Positions 37,660 through 46,609 of a stretch of DNA of 64,000 nucleotides are shown piece after piece. Source of the stretch: Candidatus Micrarchaeota archaeon (GTDB taxonomy: Archaea; Micrarchaeota; Micrarchaeia; Norongarragalinales; Norongarragalinaceae); NCBI GenBank assembly GCA_016207165.1, contig JACQQD010000005.1:128001-192000 (forward strand). The letters run 5' to 3'. The notes beneath the pieces were generated by a model. It did not search any database. It saw only the letters and a program-made list of their open reading frames with translations, and had not been told where the DNA came from. A program made the translations under genes and the position numbers. Position 1 is the first letter of the stretch, and each line of letters begins with the position of its first letter.

Positions 37660-39342
37660 TTACTCCATCATTGCGCCAAAACACGCTTCGGTGGCGTGTT
37701 TGGCGTACTTGGACAGGATGCCGGACGCATAAAGCGGTTGGGGTGCCGTCCATTTTTTTTTCCGCGCCCCAAGAATGCTCTCCTCCACGTGCAGGTCGAG
37801 GGTTTTGGCTTTCAAGTCCAGCGTGATTTCGTCTCCGTCCACCACCAACGCAATGGATCCCCCGTTTTGCGCTTCTGGACAGACGTGGCATACCCCCATG
37901 CGCGTTCCGCCGGAAAAGCGTCCATCGGTGACCACCAACACTTTTTCATGCAGGCCCCGGCCCGCCAAGGCGGCCGTCACGGACAATTGTTCCCGCATGC
38001 CGGGCCCGCCGCGGGGGCCCTCGTACCTCGTAACCATGACGTCGCCTTCCTTGACTTTTCCGTCCATGACGGCTTTCATGGCTTGCTCCTCTTTTTCAAA
38101 CACGCGCGCCGGGCCCGTGAAGGTTTCATGCGGCCACGAACCGATCTTGAACACGGCGCCCAAGGGCGCCAAGTTACCGTAGACCACCCGGAAGTGCCCC
38201 CTGGGTTTGATGGGCTCGTCCAAGGGCCGGATGACTTCCTGGCCGTGCGTTAACTTGGGCGCGCGTTCCAGGTTTTCTTCCAGCGTCTTTCCCGTCACGG
38301 TCAACGCGTCTTTGTGAAGCCATTCTGCTTCCAACATCAACTTCATTACCGCTTGAACGCCCCCGACGCGGTGCAAGTCCGCCATGACGAACCGTCCCGA
38401 CGGCTTGAGGTCCGCCAACGTCGGCGTCCTTTCGCGGATGCGCTCGAAATCCGACAACGACAAGTTCACGCCCGCGCGCTTTGCAATGGCCGGCAAATGC
38501 AGGAATGCGTTGGTGGACCCGGCCAACACCGTCATCACCGCAATCGCGTTTTCAAACGCCTTTTTCGTCAAGATGTCCTTTGGGCGGATGCCTTGCTCCA
38601 AAAGCCGGGTGACGGCCACGGCGGATTCGTACGCCTCGACTTTCTTTCGCGGATCCACCGCCGGCGTGGACGCGCTTCCGGGCAGACTCATGCCCAACGC
38701 TTCGGTGCAGGACGCCATGGTGTTGGCCGTGTACATGCCGCCGCACGCCCCCGCACTCGGACACGCCTCGCACTCCATTTCCACCAGTTCGCCTTCCCTG
38801 ATTTTTCCGAGGGCCACTTGCCCCACGCCTTCAAACATGGACACGATGTCAACGGGTTTTCCCTTGTGGTGACCGGGTTCGATGGTGCCGCCGTACAAAT
38901 AGACGGCCGGCATGTTCAGCGTCGCCATGGCCATGAGCATGCCGGGCGTCGTCTTGTCGCACCCGCCGATGCCGACGAAACAATCCGCCCCAACGCTTTT
39001 GGCGGAGACTTCCGCCGAATCCGCGATCACGTCGCGGCTGGGAAGCGAGAACTTCATGACTTCGTTTCCCATCGCCGTGCCGTCGGTGACCATGGCCGTG
39101 CGCGCGCGGTGCACCACCCAGCCTTTGTCCGCGAAGGCTTTCGCCGCGGACTCCGCCAACTCCCCCAGATGCATGTTGCACGTGGTTGACGCGTTGTGCG
39201 CGTCCACGACGATGCCAAACGGTTTTGCCAGCTGATCGCCGCTGAACCCGGCTCCCCGCATCATGGCTCGGCCCGGCGCCCGCTCTAAGCCCTCGGTTAA
39301 TTTCGCGCTTTCGTGTTTCAACGCCAACGCCATCGTTTTCAC
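37660..39342 (-). CDS. ilvD: Dihydroxy-acid dehydratase
   Basis: CNMH, SRDVIAD, GCDKT, CGGMYTANTM, TDGRFSG. Confidence 0.95.
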   Translation of the reverse strand: MKTMALALKHESAKLTEGLERAPGRAMMRGAGFSGDQLAKPFGIVVDAHNASTTCNMHLGELAESAAKAFADKGWVVHRARTAMVTDGTAMGNEVMKFSLPSRDVIADSAEVSAKSVGADCFVGIGGCDKTTPGMLMAMATLNMPAVYLYGGTIEPGHHKGKPVDIVSMFEGVGQVALGKIREGELVEMECEACPSAGACGGMYTANTMASCTEALGMSLPGSASTPAVDPRKKVEAYESAVAVTRLLEQGIRPKDILTKKAFENAIAVMTVLAGSTNAFLHLPAIAKRAGVNLSLSDFERIRERTPTLADLKPSGRFVMADLHRVGGVQAVMKLMLEAEWLHKDALTVTGKTLEENLERAPKLTHGQEVIRPLDEPIKPRGHFRVVYGNLAPLGAVFKIGSWPHETFTGPARVFEKEEQAMKAVMDGKVKEGDVMVTRYEGPRGGPGMREQLSVTAALAGRGLHEKVLVVTDGRFSGGTRMGVCHVCPEAQNGGSIALVVDGDEITLDLKAKTLDLHVEESILGARKKKWTAPQPLYASGILSKYAKHATEACFGAMME

Positions 39343-40346
39343 CGCACCATGTTCCGCCGGATGGTGGACCCGACGATTTCAATGGGGTGCTTTTGGCCTT
39401 CTTCCTTTAAGGCGTTGAACTTCGTCATGCCGGCGCGGTACTCCGCCACCCACTCTTTCGCGAATTCGCCGTTCTCGATGGCATCCAGTAAGTCGTTCAT
39501 GGCTTGCCTGGTTTGGGGGGTGACCAAGGCCTTGCCGCGCGTGCGGCCGCCGTAGCGAGCCGTCTCGGACACCCGCTCCCACATGTTCTCAATGCCTCCC
39601 TCCTGGATGAGGTCCACGATGAGTTTGAGTTCGTGCAACACTTCAAAGTACGCCATTTCAGGAGGATAGCCTCTGGCCACCAACGTGTCAAAGCCGGCCT
39701 TGATCAACTCGGTTGTGCCGCCGCAAAGCACCGCCTGTTCGCCGAACAAGTCGGAATGCGTTTCCTGGTCAAAAAAGCATTCAAACGCGCCGGCACGGGT
39801 TAACTTCATGGCTTTCGCGAGCGTCAACGCTTTTTGCAACGCGTGGCCGGACGCGTCCTGCGCCACGGAGACCAGGCACGGAATCGGCGAGGTGGCGGGG
39901 TTCTTAAAATCCGTTAAGTGCAGAAACGCTTGGCGGACTTTGGCGCCTGGCGCCTTGGGGGCCACCATGATGACATCCACTCCGGGAGGCGGTTGAATTA
40001 GTTTGTACGTGACGGCAAAGCCGTGGGAAAAGTACAGCGTCTTTCCTTCCCTCAAATTGGGTTTTACGTGTTGCGCGTAAATTTGGGGGTGCGTCATGTC
40101 CGGCGTCAGCATGCAAATCACGTCCCCCCGTTGGCATGCCTCGGCCACCGTCATGACGTTCATGCCGTCTTGCTTGGCTTGATTCCAGCTTTTGCCTTCC
40201 GGCCGCAAGCCCACCACCACGCGATAGCCCGCATCTTTGAAGCACTGGGCCTGAGCAGCGCCTTGAATGCCGTAACCCAAGACGGCGATGGTCTTCGCCT
40301 TGAGCTCCGCGTCATCGGTGATGTCCGCGTCGTAGTAGATCTTCAT
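39339..40346 (-). CDS. ilvC: Ketol-acid reductoisomerase
   Basis: GYGIQG, FSHGF, APKAPG, DLFGEQAVLCGG, YFEVLHE. Confidence 0.95.
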   Translation of the reverse strand: MKIYYDADITDDAELKAKTIAVLGYGIQGAAQAQCFKDAGYRVVVGLRPEGKSWNQAKQDGMNVMTVAEACQRGDVICMLTPDMTHPQIYAQHVKPNLREGKTLYFSHGFAVTYKLIQPPPGVDVIMVAPKAPGAKVRQAFLHLTDFKNPATSPIPCLVSVAQDASGHALQKALTLAKAMKLTRAGAFECFFDQETHSDLFGEQAVLCGGTTELIKAGFDTLVARGYPPEMAYFEVLHELKLIVDLIQEGGIENMWERVSETARYGGRTRGKALVTPQTRQAMNDLLDAIENGEFAKEWVAEYRAGMTKFNALKEEGQKHPIEIVGSTIRRNMVR

Positions 40347-40365
40347 TTCAAATCCCTCGTTTTCG

Positions 40366-40614
40366 TCATGGAACCAAGTCCAACAGTTTCTCGATTTGCC
40401 GCTCGATGTGTTCGCGCATGCGCTCGTCGGCCTCGAACGACACCTGCACTTCCGTCAACCCATTGGGCCGGCCGTTGAAGTAAAACTGCGTCAAGTACAG
40501 CCCCCTCCGCGAGAAAATGCCGGTGATGCGCTGGAGCACTCCGTGGTTGTTCTGTACGTGGAAGACCAAGGTATGCATCCTCCTGGATTCCAGTTGAACG
40601 GTTTGCATTCTCAT
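40366..40614 (-). CDS. ilvH: Acetolactate synthase small subunit (single ACT domain)
   Basis: NNHGVLQRITGIFSRRG...QIEKL; between ilvB and ilvC. Confidence 0.82.
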   Translation of the reverse strand: MRMQTVQLESRRMHTLVFHVQNNHGVLQRITGIFSRRGLYLTQFYFNGRPNGLTEVQVSFEADERMREHIERQIEKLLDLVP

Positions 40615-40619
40615 GGCCT

Positions 40620-42335
40620 CTATCTCACCCCAAAATAGTTTCTTTCCACGGTCGGACACGATTGCCCCAGCGCCATCTCCGTGTTGCTTCCAAGTGGAGG
40701 CACCAGAGGCATGCCCGCGTCGGAGGAATCCGTGATCACGTCCAGCAAAAACAATTCCTCGCTTCGGGCCGCCTCCTTGATGGCGTCCCCCAATTCGGAC
40801 GGCCGCGTCACGCGCAACGCCCTGCCTCCAAACGATTCCGTGAGCTTGACCCAGTCCGGCACGTCGCCGAGTTTGGAAGCAATGTACCGGCCGTCATAGA
40901 ACAGCTTCTGCCACTGCTTGACAATCGCGTACCAGCCGTTGTTCAAGTTGCACACGCTCACCGGCAACTTTTCCGTGACGGCCGTCGCCATTTCCTGGCA
41001 CACCATCACGAGGCTGCCTTCGCTGCCCACGTCGATTACGGGCTGTTCGGGCTTGGCGGCCTTGGCTCCAATGGCCGCCGGCAAGCCAAACCCCATGGTG
41101 CCCGCTCCCGCGCTGGTGATAAAGTGGCGGGGTTTCCGGGATTTGAAAAAGTGCGTGGCGTACATCTGGTGGTGGCCCACTTCCGTGCACACGATCGCAT
41201 TTTCGGGTAAATGCCGGTTAAGCTCATGGATGACGCGCTCGGCGCGAATGGGCACTTCGTCGCGCGCGATGTCGCAAGAACACTGGCGGTCCAGTTCCTT
41301 TACTTTCTCCCGCCACGCCTTGCTTCGGTCCGAGCGCTGGGCGGCCAAAACGTGGCGCAACAACTCCTTCAAACCCGGTTTGGCGTCCGCGGCAATGGCC
41401 AAAAACGCGTCGACGTTCTTGTTGAATTCCGACGGGTCGATGTCCACGTGAATGACTTTTGCATGGGGAGCAAACGACTCGATGCGGCCGGTGATGCGAT
41501 CGGAAAACCGCGTGCCTACGGCCAGCAATACGTCGCAGTTGGCAATGGCGTGGTTGGTCACCTGCCTTCCGTGCATGCCCAGTTGTCCCAAGCAAAGCGG
41601 GTGGTCGCCGGGAATCACCCCCTTGGCGGTGATGGTCGTGGCGGCAAAACACATGAGCGCTTCAGCCAATGCCGTGAACTCCGCGCCCGCGTTGGCAATG
41701 GTCACGCCGCCGCCGGCCAACATCATGGGCCGCTCCGCCTCCAATAGCATCAACGCGGCTTGGCGGATTTTGTCCTGGTTGGGTTCGGATGGCACGTAGT
41801 AATTTAACGCCAGTTCCCGGTCACCCCATTCCGTGACGGGTGCCGTCAGCGCGTCTTTCGTCATTTCAATGGCTACGGGCCCCGGCCTTCCGGTGTTGGC
41901 GATGCGGTACGCGCTTTTCACCACCGATGGAAACTGGCTGGCTTGCATCACTTTGAAGCTGTGCTTGGTCAAAGGCAACGTCATGGAAAACACGTCGGTT
42001 TCCTGGAACGCGTCTTTCCCCAGCAATTGCGACGGCACCTGGCCCATCAAGGCGATGATGTTCGTGGAATCCATGTACGCGTCGGCAATGCCGGTCACCA
42101 AGTTGGTGGCTCCCGGCCCGCTGGTGCCGATGCAGACGCCCGTTTGGCCGGATGCCCGCGCAAAGCCTTGGGCGGCGTGGACCGCCCCCTGTTCGTGGCG
42201 GGTAAACACGTGCCGCACGTCGGACTGCTGCGAAAGCGCGTCGTACAACGGCAAAACGGCTCCGCCGGGAATCCCAAAAAGGGTCTTCTGGCCCTGAGCC
42301 CGCATGGATTCAATGAGTGCCTGGGACCCGTTCAT
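40620..42335 (-). CDS. ilvB: Acetolactate synthase large subunit
   Basis: FGIPGG, RHEQ, TSGPGATN, DAFQE, GTMGFG. Confidence 0.95.
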   Translation of the reverse strand: MNGSQALIESMRAQGQKTLFGIPGGAVLPLYDALSQQSDVRHVFTRHEQGAVHAAQGFARASGQTGVCIGTSGPGATNLVTGIADAYMDSTNIIALMGQVPSQLLGKDAFQETDVFSMTLPLTKHSFKVMQASQFPSVVKSAYRIANTGRPGPVAIEMTKDALTAPVTEWGDRELALNYYVPSEPNQDKIRQAALMLLEAERPMMLAGGGVTIANAGAEFTALAEALMCFAATTITAKGVIPGDHPLCLGQLGMHGRQVTNHAIANCDVLLAVGTRFSDRITGRIESFAPHAKVIHVDIDPSEFNKNVDAFLAIAADAKPGLKELLRHVLAAQRSDRSKAWREKVKELDRQCSCDIARDEVPIRAERVIHELNRHLPENAIVCTEVGHHQMYATHFFKSRKPRHFITSAGAGTMGFGLPAAIGAKAAKPEQPVIDVGSEGSLVMVCQEMATAVTEKLPVSVCNLNNGWYAIVKQWQKLFYDGRYIASKLGDVPDWVKLTESFGGRALRVTRPSELGDAIKEAARSEELFLLDVITDSSDAGMPLVPPLGSNTEMALGQSCPTVERNYFGVR

Positions 42336-44182
42336 TTGGAAAACCCCTGGTTTTTCGCGTAAAGGATGTTGTATCCGTCTTGGAACGCCTTGATGCTCGC
42401 GACAATGATGTCCGGGCTGGTGCCCATGGTGGTCACCTTGTTTCTTTTTTCGTCCTCCAACGTGATGCGCACGTCCACCGTCGCGTCCGTGTTCTTCGTG
42501 TTGATGGCCACCTTGTAGTCCACCAACTCAAAAGCCAATTCGCCTTCCACCGTCTTTTTCACGGCGTTGATCACGGCATCCACGGGCCCCACGCCCTGCG
42601 CCGTTTTCTCGACTTCTTTTCCGTGCACGCGGACTTTCGCTGTGGCCTCGGGTTTCTGCGTTTTGGCCGTCTTCACCGTGAAGTCCAAAATGTCAAGCGC
42701 ACGATACTCCAGCCGCCCGCGTTGAAGGGCTTCCTCGACAATGAGCTTCAAGTCGTTCTTGGTCAAGTGCTTGCCTTTCTCCAAAAAGCCGTTGACTTCC
42801 CCCACGCAGAACGCCACGTCGGCCTTGGACGGAGACACGTCAAACTCCGACTGGATCAACGCCAGTAACTGGTCCTCAAAAAGAGCCTGGGTGATGAGGG
42901 CTCCCTTGGATTGTGAGCCGTTGTAGTCCGCGCAAATCTTGTAATAGTTGTAGTCCAACAGCTTCTGCACTTCCGCCAAATCCGGTTCCACCGACGGCGG
43001 CGAAGGCAAAACCTTGAGTGCGGATGTGGGGTCCTTAAGTCCCGTACCGGTCATGACCAGAACGACTTCCTCGCTTCCGTCTACCTGCCCCGCGTCCAGC
43101 ATGTTTTTGAGGGTCGCGAGATTCAATGCCGCCGCGGGTTCCACAAACACGGCCTCGGTTTTGGCCAGCCATTTCTGGGCCTCCAAAATTTCATGGTCCG
43201 AAGCCGTGGCCGCGCTTCCCCCCGATTCCCGAAGTGCAGCCAAGAGTTTGTGCGCGTCCGACGGGTTGCCCACGCACACCGCTCCCGCCACCGTCTGCGG
43301 CTTGACCACCGGCTCCAAAGGCTCGTTTTGATTGAACGCCTTAACGATGGGCGCCACGTTTTCAGGCTGGACGGCAACCATCTTCGGTAAGCTATCCGTC
43401 AGACCGAACCACTCGAATTCCTTGAAGCCCTTCCAGATCGCCGATGCATTCGTGCCATTGCCTACGGGCACCATGACTAAATCCGGACTGCGCCAACCCA
43501 GTTGCTCTACGACTTCAAAGGATTGGCTTTTCTGGCCCTCCAAGCGGAACGCGTAGTCGCCCGCCAAAAAAAAGCCGTCCATTCGGCTCAGGCCCGTTGT
43601 CAGTTCCACGGCGTCGTCATACGTTCCGCGGACCTGCACCACGCGCGATCCGAATGCCAGCGTCTGAGCCATCTTGCCCAAAGGCGTTCCTTCCGGCACA
43701 ATGATGTAACAAGGCAGGCCCGCCACCGCCGCGTACGCCGACACGCTGGCGGCCATGTTGCCCGTTGAAGCGCACGTCACCGTCTTGGCCCCCAGTTCCA
43801 AGGCTTTCGTCAACTCCACCAACGACCCCCGGTCCTTGAACCCGCCGGTGGGATTGGAGCCCTCGAACTTGATCCACAGCCGCTTCAACCCCAGTTGTTT
43901 TTCCAGTTTCCTGGCTCGGTACAAAGGCGTTCCGCCTTCGTTCAGGGACACGACGCGCCGCAAATTCGCCAACGGATACAAGTCCAAGTACTTCGTGGCG
44001 GCCATGGGCGCGGTTTTCATCACGTGGACGTTGAAGTGTTCGGCGATGCGCTCGTAATCGTACTTTACTTCCAACGACTGCTGGCACCACGGACACGTGG
44101 TGTAGCTTTGCGTCTCGACGACCGTCTTTTTGCAGGAAGAACACGCCAGCCAGTACTCGTCGCTGAGCGTCTGCGTCTTCAT
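42332..44182 (-). CDS. thrC: Threonine synthase family PLP enzyme fused to a LeuA/CimA-type allosteric domain
   Basis: EGSNPTGGFKDRG, ASTGN, PVGNG, TGTGLKD; C-terminal G-GPVDA...ELVDYKV...DA-VDV...DIIVAS; ATGA overlap with upstream gene. Confidence 0.88.
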   Translation of the reverse strand: MKTQTLSDEYWLACSSCKKTVVETQSYTTCPWCQQSLEVKYDYERIAEHFNVHVMKTAPMAATKYLDLYPLANLRRVVSLNEGGTPLYRARKLEKQLGLKRLWIKFEGSNPTGGFKDRGSLVELTKALELGAKTVTCASTGNMAASVSAYAAVAGLPCYIIVPEGTPLGKMAQTLAFGSRVVQVRGTYDDAVELTTGLSRMDGFFLAGDYAFRLEGQKSQSFEVVEQLGWRSPDLVMVPVGNGTNASAIWKGFKEFEWFGLTDSLPKMVAVQPENVAPIVKAFNQNEPLEPVVKPQTVAGAVCVGNPSDAHKLLAALRESGGSAATASDHEILEAQKWLAKTEAVFVEPAAALNLATLKNMLDAGQVDGSEEVVLVMTGTGLKDPTSALKVLPSPPSVEPDLAEVQKLLDYNYYKICADYNGSQSKGALITQALFEDQLLALIQSEFDVSPSKADVAFCVGEVNGFLEKGKHLTKNDLKLIVEEALQRGRLEYRALDILDFTVKTAKTQKPEATAKVRVHGKEVEKTAQGVGPVDAVINAVKKTVEGELAFELVDYKVAINTKNTDATVDVRITLEDEKRNKVTTMGTSPDIIVASIKAFQDGYNILYAKNQGFSK

Positions 44183-44484
44183 CCGAGTTTCTCCAAGAAT
44201 TCCGATCCCCTCATACCCACTGTAGCGCCTTTTTGTTCGGCTTTCGGTGACAACGCCTTGACTTCCGCTTCCAACATGTCCTTGAAACTGTCTACGCCAG
44301 AAACAATGGCCATGGCATGATTCCATTTTTCCGCCCGCGTCACGTCCACGTACCCGCACGCCAGAATCGTGTCAGGATGCGCTTCGCTGACGATGACCAA
44401 CAATGCCGGGCCTTCCAACTGCATGCGCATGGCCGTAAACGTCTTGCCGCCCAGCGTAAGTTTTTCCGCGGTTACCCGTTCCAT
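44179..44484 (-). CDS. YunC/DUF1805 family protein
   Basis: LACGY, AIVSGV..FKDML, GM-G-E-L motifs. Confidence 0.8.
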   Translation of the reverse strand: MERVTAEKLTLGGKTFTAMRMQLEGPALLVIVSEAHPDTILACGYVDVTRAEKWNHAMAIVSGVDSFKDMLEAEVKALSPKAEQKGATVGMRGSEFLEKLG

Positions 44485-44780
44485 GCGCACCGACTCCCCC
44501 CTAGGGCGAATTGCTTCAACGATTCAAAGGCCTCCAGCCGAGGCTGGAACGCAAAAAAAGCAAACTCAACGTTCGGCGAAACCGTGTTATTGATAGGACA
44601 TGGGGGTCGGTGAGGGGCCAATCCGCAGCAACCGTAACAGGCATGCGCTAGCAAGCAGCAAAGCCTGCGGTTCTGACCACCTCCCTTCAACCACGGACAC
44701 CGACTCCCAAGGTTTGGTTCACCATACAATAATGTAAATTCGTTAAGTGACGAATATTTCACTCCTCTTATTTAAACGTT
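44485..44780 (-). promoter_or_regulatory. Long structured 5' leader of the thrC-ilv operon, candidate attenuator
   Basis: TTTAAATA box near 44769-44776; GGGAGTCGGTG present twice with a near-complement in between; Leu-rich uORF 44587-44694; T7 tract. Confidence 0.6.
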
Positions 44781-44808
44781 TTGGAATCCCACGTTTTTTT
44801 CGCGAATT

Positions 44809-45546
44809 TTAATCCACGAAAATGACGTTGCAGTTCTCGTCGACTTCCACGAAGTGGTTGGCGGACACGCCGAATTCCGGACACTGGTTTTCCGGCAAAT
44901 CATCCACCGGCTGGCGCGGGTCGTGCGCCACGTCGCACACCCAGTCCTTGAACTGGGGGTTCCATTGGCCTTTGAAGTCGTCGTAGCGCGGCGGTGTTGG
45001 GCCCATGGCGCTCAAGCATGGCCCCTTTGTCAAGTCGTACTCCGCGGTTCCGTAGTTCTGGTAAACGTATTGCGCCGTTTGGCAAAAAGAAACGCACAAG
45101 TCCTGGGCTCTCTGGGAAACCGACGGCAGGTTTTCGGGGCGATAACATTTTCCCACGATGTCTCCCGGTTTGAGGTATGGCACCAGTCCCTCACAACATT
45201 TGCCGTAGTCAAACGGGGCATCGGTGGGCACGGCATCATTGAGGTATCCGCCTTCCTCCGCGCACTTGGCGGCTCTCCCGCATTCTCCCGTGTACGCCTG
45301 GACTGCACCGGCCTGTTTTAAGTGACACGTGCTGGAATAGGTTTTCTTGTCTCTGCCGCAAACCGGTTCATAGATTTCCGGGCACGCGTCAATGGTCGGT
45401 GCAGGGGTTGGAGTCGCTAGAGCCGTTGGGCTGGACGTTGGCGCAGGCGGAATTGAAACGGAGATGCTTGGGGACGGTACGGGACCGGGTTGCGTGACGC
45501 ACCCGAAAAACAGGATGGCCGCAATCAACACGAATACGTGTCTCAT
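44809..45546 (-). CDS. Lipoprotein with Kazal-type domain and further Cys-rich domains
   Basis: Signal peptide ending FFGC, PT linker, CPEIYEPVCGRDKKTYSSTC. Confidence 0.8.
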   Translation of the reverse strand: MRHVFVLIAAILFFGCVTQPGPVPSPSISVSIPPAPTSSPTALATPTPAPTIDACPEIYEPVCGRDKKTYSSTCHLKQAGAVQAYTGECGRAAKCAEEGGYLNDAVPTDAPFDYGKCCEGLVPYLKPGDIVGKCYRPENLPSVSQRAQDLCVSFCQTAQYVYQNYGTAEYDLTKGPCLSAMGPTPPRYDDFKGQWNPQFKDWVCDVAHDPRQPVDDLPENQCPEFGVSANHFVEVDENCNVIFVD

Positions 45547-45587
45547 GGCTAAGACGAAGTCCGGTTGGATTATTATTTCATCCGGTT

Positions 45588-45842
45588 TCATGCCAGAACA
45601 AGGATTTGACCACGGCCAAAGGCGTTCTTGTTGTTGAAGCCTTCAAACCAGATGCCGACCATGTCGCCGGTTCCTGCTTGCGAAACCATTTCGTGTTTTT
45701 TCTCGATGCCGGCCACCTTGTGTTTCACGCCTTCCAATTCCACTTCCTGGCCCACCAAGACTGGGCCCTCTTGGACTTGGCCGACGAACAGGACGCCCCG
45801 ATTCGACACATCAAACGCGCCCTGGACCGTGAACTTCCCCAT
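45588..45842 (-). CDS. Stand-alone EF-Tu domain-II-like beta-barrel protein
   Basis: MGKFTVQGAFDVSNRGVLFVGQVQEG...IEKKHEMVSQAGTGDMVGI; only the distal part of the 292-aa track ORF. Confidence 0.75.
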   Translation of the reverse strand: MGKFTVQGAFDVSNRGVLFVGQVQEGPVLVGQEVELEGVKHKVAGIEKKHEMVSQAGTGDMVGIWFEGFNNKNAFGRGQILVLA

Positions 45843-45905
45843 GTGCCGTGTTACTTCCACGTTCCTTAAATGGGTTTTTATCTGTCCGAACGCTTTTTTC
45901 CTAGT

Positions 45906-46559
45906 ATGTGGGTGGCTGAATTCAAGGTCTGGCACAAAGGCTCGGCGGCGCGGGAAGTCACCAACCAATTTGACGTGACGTTGGAGAGCCACTACCTGAA
46001 CGTCTTCATGGAAAAGGGAACCGAGTACATCACCGGCGTCATGGTGGTGCGCGGAAAAGACGCGGACGCGGCGACGGCGGCTTTCATCGACGGCATCACC
46101 AAGCAAGGCGTGCGGCAAATCAAGCGGGAAGGCAACCAGTTGTTCTACATCGTTCCTTCGGTCAAGCAGTTTCACTCCTCGGTCTTGAACGCCAACGTGT
46201 TCTTCATTAAACCTCAATTCATCCAGGAAGGGTTCGCTTTTTGGACCGTGGCCTCCTTTGAAAAAAAGCACTTGATGGAATTGTACCATTCCATTGGGAG
46301 ACTCCGAAAATCCACGGCCACCATTGAATTGTTGTCGCTCAAACAGCAACCCGCTCCCGTGTTTTCCTCTTCGCACTTGCACCAGCTCACCGAAAAACAG
46401 CGCCAGGCCTTCCAATCCGCGTGCCGGGAAGGCTATTACGCCTGCCCCCGCAAGATTTCCCTTCAAGGACTAGCCGACAAATTGGGACTGGCGTACACCA
46501 CGTTCAAGGACCGTTTGCGTTCCGCCGAGGAGAAGCTGTGGCCCGCCCTGGCGCCGTAG
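45906..46559 (+). CDS. Bacterio-opsin-activator-type (HTH-10) transcriptional regulator, paralog 1
   Basis: MWVAEFKVWH; C-terminal LTEKQ...GYY..PR...LA..LG.....DRLRSAEEK. Confidence 0.85.
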   Translation: MWVAEFKVWHKGSAAREVTNQFDVTLESHYLNVFMEKGTEYITGVMVVRGKDADAATAAFIDGITKQGVRQIKREGNQLFYIVPSVKQFHSSVLNANVFFIKPQFIQEGFAFWTVASFEKKHLMELYHSIGRLRKSTATIELLSLKQQPAPVFSSSHLHQLTEKQRQAFQSACREGYYACPRKISLQGLADKLGLAYTTFKDRLRSAEEKLWPALAP

Positions 46560-46609
46560 CCGCCAAGTAGCGGAAAAAGCTTTAAGCCCTCCATTGCCCC
46601 CATCATGCC

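Noticed and set aside
44183-44359. 675-aa version of thrC
   Set aside because: It overlaps the DUF1805 gene. The ATG at 44182 with ATGA coupling is the better start.
44601-44709. Structured region as 5S rRNA, SRP RNA or T-box
   Set aside because: It lacks 5S conserved motifs. The SRP-like CAGG...AGCAGC segment lacks a GNRA loop. The GGUGG...ACCGC segment does not fit T-box spacing, and no Stem I is evident.
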